A stretch of 64,000 nt of DNA from NCBI GenBank assembly GCA_963733675.1, contig CAVTET010000001.1, forward strand, positions 992,001 to 1,056,000, written 5' to 3'. Under the pieces are notes generated by a model. That model did not search any database. It was not told the DNA's origin and was given only the letters and a program-made list of their open reading frames with translations. Shown in pieces: positions 59,220 through 64,000 of this stretch. Made by a program: the position numbers and the translations under genes. The stretch is from an uncultured Methanosarcinaceae archaeon (GTDB taxonomy: Archaea > Halobacteriota > Methanosarcinia > Methanosarcinales > Methanosarcinaceae). The first letter of the stretch is position 1. Each line of letters opens with the position of its first letter.

Positions 59220-59401
59220 TAAAGAAATAATTGTATAAGTTGTATTAATTATTAATCCTGAAATTCCAAATTTGATTTTTTCACATCAATTCCTTGTTTT
59301 CACTCATTTATATATTCTTCCGCAACTTTCAAAATATCAATAACTTTTTAACATCAGCTTTTTGGAAATCTTTTATACATTTGAGGTTGCAATGAATCAG
59401 C

Positions 59402-61057
59402 ATGAAAACATACCAGGGAATCATTGTTGATGCTATTTCCAAGAAGCAGTTCAAAGGTGAGATTATCGTCGAAAACGGAAAGATCATTCGTGTTGAAGAG
59501 AAGGAGCATTATAATGAACAGTATATCCTCCCAGGTCTTGTAGATGCCCATGTACATATAGAAAGTTCTATGACCATGCCTTCGGTTTTTGCCAGAATGG
59601 CAGTTGCAAGAGGTACTGTTGCAGCGGTTAGCGACCCTCATGAGATTGCAAACGTGATGGGAGAAGAAGGTATAAATTACATACTGGAGGATTCCAGAAA
59701 AACCCCTATGAAGATATTTTTTGGGGTACCTTCTTGTGTGCCGGCCACACCATTCGAATCAGCAGGAGCAGTACTGGATACAATAGCTGTGGACCGTTTG
59801 TTAGCAAGGGCTTATCTATACTACCTATCCGAGGTGATGAATTTCCCAGATGTGATCTCGGAATCTCCTGAAGTAATGGCAAAAATTGAGTCCGCCAAAA
59901 AATATGGCAAAGTTATAGATGGTCATGCGCCTGGTTTGAGAGGTACAGCCCTACAGAAATACGTGAGCTCAGGAATTTCCACAGACCATGAATGCCTTAC
60001 TTATGAAGAAGCGATTGAGAAAATAAAGCTCGGAATGAAGGTACAGATTCGAGAGGGAAGTTTAGCCAGGAATTTCGAAACACTTTATCGTTTGATATAC
60101 GAATACCCAGAATCCGTTATGCTTTGCACCGACGATTCTCATCCCAATACTTTGATACATGAAGGACATATCGATAGACTAATCAGGCGCGGATATGAAA
60201 AGGGACTTGATATTTATAGCTTGATTCAAGCAGCAGTGATCAATCCTGTGGAGCATTATGGCCTTAATGTTGGGCTTTTGCGTAAGGGAGACTCTGCAGA
60301 TTTCATTATCGTAGACGATCTAAAATCATTTAATGTGTTGAGTACTTTCATTGATGGAAATTGTGTTTATGATGACGGGCAGGTTCTTTTCCCGATTGAA
60401 AAAAATTCTGCAAAAAATGTTTTCAACAGAAATGAAATCTCGATTGAAGATATAAGAAAGTCTCTGCCTCCTGCAGACAATAGAAGGGAGCAGATGAGAA
60501 ATATCAGAGTGATAGTTGCCCAGGATGGAGAACTTGTCACAGGCCAGGAACTAGCCTTGGCAAAAGTAGAAAATGGTAATCTGGTTTCAGATCCTTGCAG
60601 GGATATTTTGAAATTGGTTGTCCTGAGCAGGTATAGAAATGACCCTGTTCAGATTGGTTTCATAAAAAACATAGGCCTGAAAAAAGGCGCTATTGCAAGC
60701 AGCATTGCCCATGACAGTCACAACATTATTGCAGTTGGGGCCACTGACAGAGATATAGTTGAAGCTGTCAATAGGCTGGTAAAAAATAAAGGAGGGATAG
60801 TTGTGGGAACTACAGAAGATCTACTTGATCTTCCGTTAGAGGTTGCAGGCCTTATGAGCGTTCGGAGTGGAGAAGAGGTGGCTTATCGGCACCAGCTTCT
60901 GAATGAAGAAGCTCGGAAACTTGGAACTTCGCTGAAGTCGCCCTTTATGACTCTTACATTTATGTCGCTTCTGGTAATTCCTGAACTTAAACTTGGAGCT
61001 AAGGGGTTGTTTGATGTAACAAAATTCGAATTTATCGAGCTTTTCGCAAAGGGATAA
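59402..61057 (+). CDS. ade: Adenine deaminase
   Basis: DAHVHIESS, DPHEIANV, DGHAP, TDHE, AHDSHN. Confidence 0.95.
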   Translation: MKTYQGIIVDAISKKQFKGEIIVENGKIIRVEEKEHYNEQYILPGLVDAHVHIESSMTMPSVFARMAVARGTVAAVSDPHEIANVMGEEGINYILEDSRKTPMKIFFGVPSCVPATPFESAGAVLDTIAVDRLLARAYLYYLSEVMNFPDVISESPEVMAKIESAKKYGKVIDGHAPGLRGTALQKYVSSGISTDHECLTYEEAIEKIKLGMKVQIREGSLARNFETLYRLIYEYPESVMLCTDDSHPNTLIHEGHIDRLIRRGYEKGLDIYSLIQAAVINPVEHYGLNVGLLRKGDSADFIIVDDLKSFNVLSTFIDGNCVYDDGQVLFPIEKNSAKNVFNRNEISIEDIRKSLPPADNRREQMRNIRVIVAQDGELVTGQELALAKVENGNLVSDPCRDILKLVVLSRYRNDPVQIGFIKNIGLKKGAIASSIAHDSHNIIAVGATDRDIVEAVNRLVKNKGGIVVGTTEDLLDLPLEVAGLMSVRSGEEVAYRHQLLNEEARKLGTSLKSPFMTLTFMSLLVIPELKLGAKGLFDVTKFEFIELFAKG

Positions 61058-61129
61058 ATAGAAAAGAACTGAGAGAGCCAGGAAAATATTCTTTCCCACT
61101 GTAATTATCACAATAAAATTAAACATACC

Positions 61130-62347
61130 TTAAAAAAAATCCAACGTAGTTTGAAAACGGAAGTCTGAAAGCATGATCGCCTTCTTCAGCCATTCTGCTT
61201 TTGGTGTGCTCACCCTGCCTGTAAGGTATGTAACGGCTGCTGTGAGAGAATCAAATTTTTGAGGGGAATTTTTAAGAGTTTTTCTCACGCCTTCCCGGAC
61301 TACCCACACCCCAAGAGGTGCCCAGTAATGAGAAGTTATTTCCCTTAGCACAAAAACAGAGGCCTGTTTTCGGATTTCAGTGAGATATTCAAGTGCTGCC
61401 AACCTTGTGGCATAATAACCTCCTGCCAGAAGAGAATATCCTTTTTTTCCGCTGGGCCCTTCACTGTCTTCACCAATCCAAATTGATTCTCCAGACCAAA
61501 TTGTATTTGGGAGCCAGATCTCAATAAGTTCGAAAGAATAAGTTCGTGGAAGAATGAGGACTTCAAACCGGTTCCCAAAATGAGTTCCACTGAAAAGCAA
61601 AATATCGGAAATTAAGGAAAAGTCCTTTATGTGATCTACAAGTTCCTTTCCGGCCATATCATCCACGGCTGTTATTGACCAACGAGTAGGGACTATTTTT
61701 CGTTCTTTCCCCAGCAAGCCGATTGAAAAAAGGCGTGTGATATGTTCAGTTGTAACATTATCTTTTAAAAGTTCAGTAATAGCATCTTTTGCCAGGGAAT
61801 CAGTATCATAGACTAGGTAATCTACTTTTCGTGGAACTTTCGGGTTTTCTGTAAGCTCAAAATTTTTTACAAGACCTGATGGGCCCATAGGCATGAGAAT
61901 TGTATCAAAATTTAGTTCTTGCTTTGGAATTTTGTAAAACCAGGCTTCAGTGTCCACTGGTTTTCTGGAAAGAGCGAGTTCCTGAGCTTTTACAAGAAGA
62001 GAATTTTCTTTGCTACGTGCATCTTTTATATGAAAAGTTGTATTTGCCCTAACCATGCGGGACCGCATGAAGATTATATCTTCAATTTGCATGTTTGCCC
62101 AGGCTGAAGGATCTCCCATGAATAAGGCTTCGCTTTCCGTTGTCAAGGGGGAAATCATTGGGCCTGCTGTAATCCGAGGGTAGCCATAGCCACCAACAAA
62201 AAGAGAAGGGGGAGATGCTCCAAAAACAGAACATCCTGAGATCGCAGGAGCAATCGATTGTACGGACCTATATTTTTCAAGGATTGGACAACGAGGACGC
62301 CCACATATTCCTTTTCCTTTACATTTGATACACAGCGTTCCATTCAC
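61130..62347 (-). CDS. nreA: Archaeal DNA repair protein NreA
   Basis: CIKCKG..CG...CP zinc finger, VPTRWSITAVD, PLGVWVVRE, C-terminal PIP box QTTLDFF. Confidence 0.93.
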   Translation of the reverse strand: MNGTLCIKCKGKGICGRPRCPILEKYRSVQSIAPAISGCSVFGASPPSLFVGGYGYPRITAGPMISPLTTESEALFMGDPSAWANMQIEDIIFMRSRMVRANTTFHIKDARSKENSLLVKAQELALSRKPVDTEAWFYKIPKQELNFDTILMPMGPSGLVKNFELTENPKVPRKVDYLVYDTDSLAKDAITELLKDNVTTEHITRLFSIGLLGKERKIVPTRWSITAVDDMAGKELVDHIKDFSLISDILLFSGTHFGNRFEVLILPRTYSFELIEIWLPNTIWSGESIWIGEDSEGPSGKKGYSLLAGGYYATRLAALEYLTEIRKQASVFVLREITSHYWAPLGVWVVREGVRKTLKNSPQKFDSLTAAVTYLTGRVSTPKAEWLKKAIMLSDFRFQTTLDFF

Positions 62348-62907
62348 TTTGAATCCATGTCCTCACATATGAATGCAAGCTTTAATTTAAGGAACTTCCC
62401 TGTATAGCAGACCAGGTTTTTCGAACAAAGATACAAATACAGCACATGCTTGTTACCTTTTCCGGAGATAAGTTTCTGTTTAAAAGTACCAAAGCAAAAT
62501 TTCAAATTTCTTTCTGTGAATCCTCATAAAAGTCAACTTCAGCTTCAAGTTTTTCACTAATTTCTGAGATACTGAGACTCTTAAGCATTTCGGAATATCT
62601 GTCAAATCTTGCCATATATACTTCATGCTAAATAAAATCATTGTTCTCTAAGCTAGCCAGGATTTCAGGTAAGATATTCTATGCAATAATTTTACAAATT
62701 GATTTCATGGAACCAAGTTTAGAGGATAAATTAAAGTTTACTACACATGTACCTTTGCTCTTAATTTTCAAGTAGAAATGAGGTCTCCCTTGATGCATCA
62801 TATAGAAAACGCATGCTACCAAAAAACTAGTAAGAATATATATAATTTAGAAACTGAAAATGTTATATTCATTTCTCATGCCTCTTTTTCATAAAGGCTG
62901 TTAAAGT

Positions 62908-63216
62908 TTAATTTTTAATTTGTTCAGCAGAGAAACCCTTTTCCATGAGGACTTCTTTCATACGGGCCAGGTGGTTTCCTTGAAGTTCCACAGTATTTCC
63001 TTTTACTGTGCCTCCGCATGCAAACTTTGATTTCAGATAAGTAGACAGTTCGTGCAGATCAATTTCACTGGCATCGAAGCCTTCCACAACGGTAACTTCT
63101 TTCCCGTATCTTCTTCTATTTATTTTCACTGTGATTCTCTGTTGCTCTTTTGCAACCTCTTCGCATATGCAAAGTTCTTTTGGAAGCCCGCATACCGGGC
63201 ACATTCCGCTGCTCAT
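62908..63216 (-). CDS. Translation initiation factor SUI1/aIF1 (YciH homologue)
   Basis: [35 protein letters not shown]. Confidence 0.95.
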   Translation of the reverse strand: MSSGMCPVCGLPKELCICEEVAKEQQRITVKINRRRYGKEVTVVEGFDASEIDLHELSTYLKSKFACGGTVKGNTVELQGNHLARMKEVLMEKGFSAEQIKN

Positions 63217-64000
63217 TTGTTGGTATGTCCTCCGAATTTGTAATAATTGTATGTGTAATTTAAATTCAAAAATAACTAAAAAGACATCAAGTACTTATCA
63301 ATGAAGGTATTAAAGCCTAATGGTATTATTCTGCCACTTTATACTGAATTTAGATTTATGGGCACAAATTTTTGCAGTATAAAATCCAGTCAAAGCTGTA
63401 TTATTATTTTTATTTTTTTATGTAATAATAACTTTGTAGAGTGGAATTAATACCAATGTAATGTTGCATGAATAATTCATACATCAAATGAAAGGGCTGA
63501 ATCTTGACTTATAGTCATTCAAGATCTAGGTCATTTCACTAAGTGTTTAATATTTTCATGATTAAAGCTTCCAGCATAGCAAATATTTTCTTTTCATGCA
63601 CTGAAGTACATCTGCTCTAACTAACCTCAACGAAATGAAACAAAAATACCGGAAAATGGTACTAAGTGAATTTTGAAATAAAATCAAACAAAGAATAGAT
63701 GACGACCGAATAGCTAAACTTCCCAGAAATCTCAATTTCAAATCGGCAGGAAAAATTGCCGCAATTTATAGCCCCTGATTACAGATGACTAGGTATACAA
63801 GGAAGATACAGGATTCCAAAAGGAAGAAATTCAAAAAAGGAAAATTGTTGAGACTGAAACATTTTCAGTGGATATTTGTATAAAAATATTAGTGGAATAA
63901 TCGCAATTCTAAAAAAAGAAGATTCTAAGAGTACGTGAGTAAACAGTTTCTTCACGTACTTTCATGTCAAATTGGAGTGAATTATTTGTACTATTTACGT

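Noticed and set aside
62344-62615. Possible decayed gene upstream of nreA
   Set aside because: Several stops and no family I can identify

Overview
AT-rich archaeal chromosomal window whose gene content points to Methanosarcina (PAS/HisKA_2 kinase, pentapeptide-repeat and YVTN surface proteins, cbiMN/nikMN, nreA, SUI1/aIF1, purC, ade). Many genes carry frameshifts or in-frame stops, and there are several IS remnants (IS200/IS605 tnpB and tnpA, IS5, IS66) plus dispersed MITE-like repeats. The standout is a ~10 kb integrated element (~33.3-43.3 kb) with almost all genes on the minus strand. It encodes a tyrosine integrase, an RHH regulator, a fused TOPRIM primase-D5/SF3 helicase ending in an iteron-like repeat array, a family A DNA polymerase (atypical for archaea) and a TerS-like protein, but no recognisable capsid or large terminase. 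This suggests a satellite or self-replicating element. Other candidates are a three-hairpin antisense RNA inside the element, a family of small secreted Gly/Trp/Cys peptides sharing one leader (one with an in-frame amber codon), an unannotated 52-aa nine-Cys protein, and duplicated nickel-transporter loci with NikR-like operators. All assignments come from manual reading and motif recognition; no searches were run.
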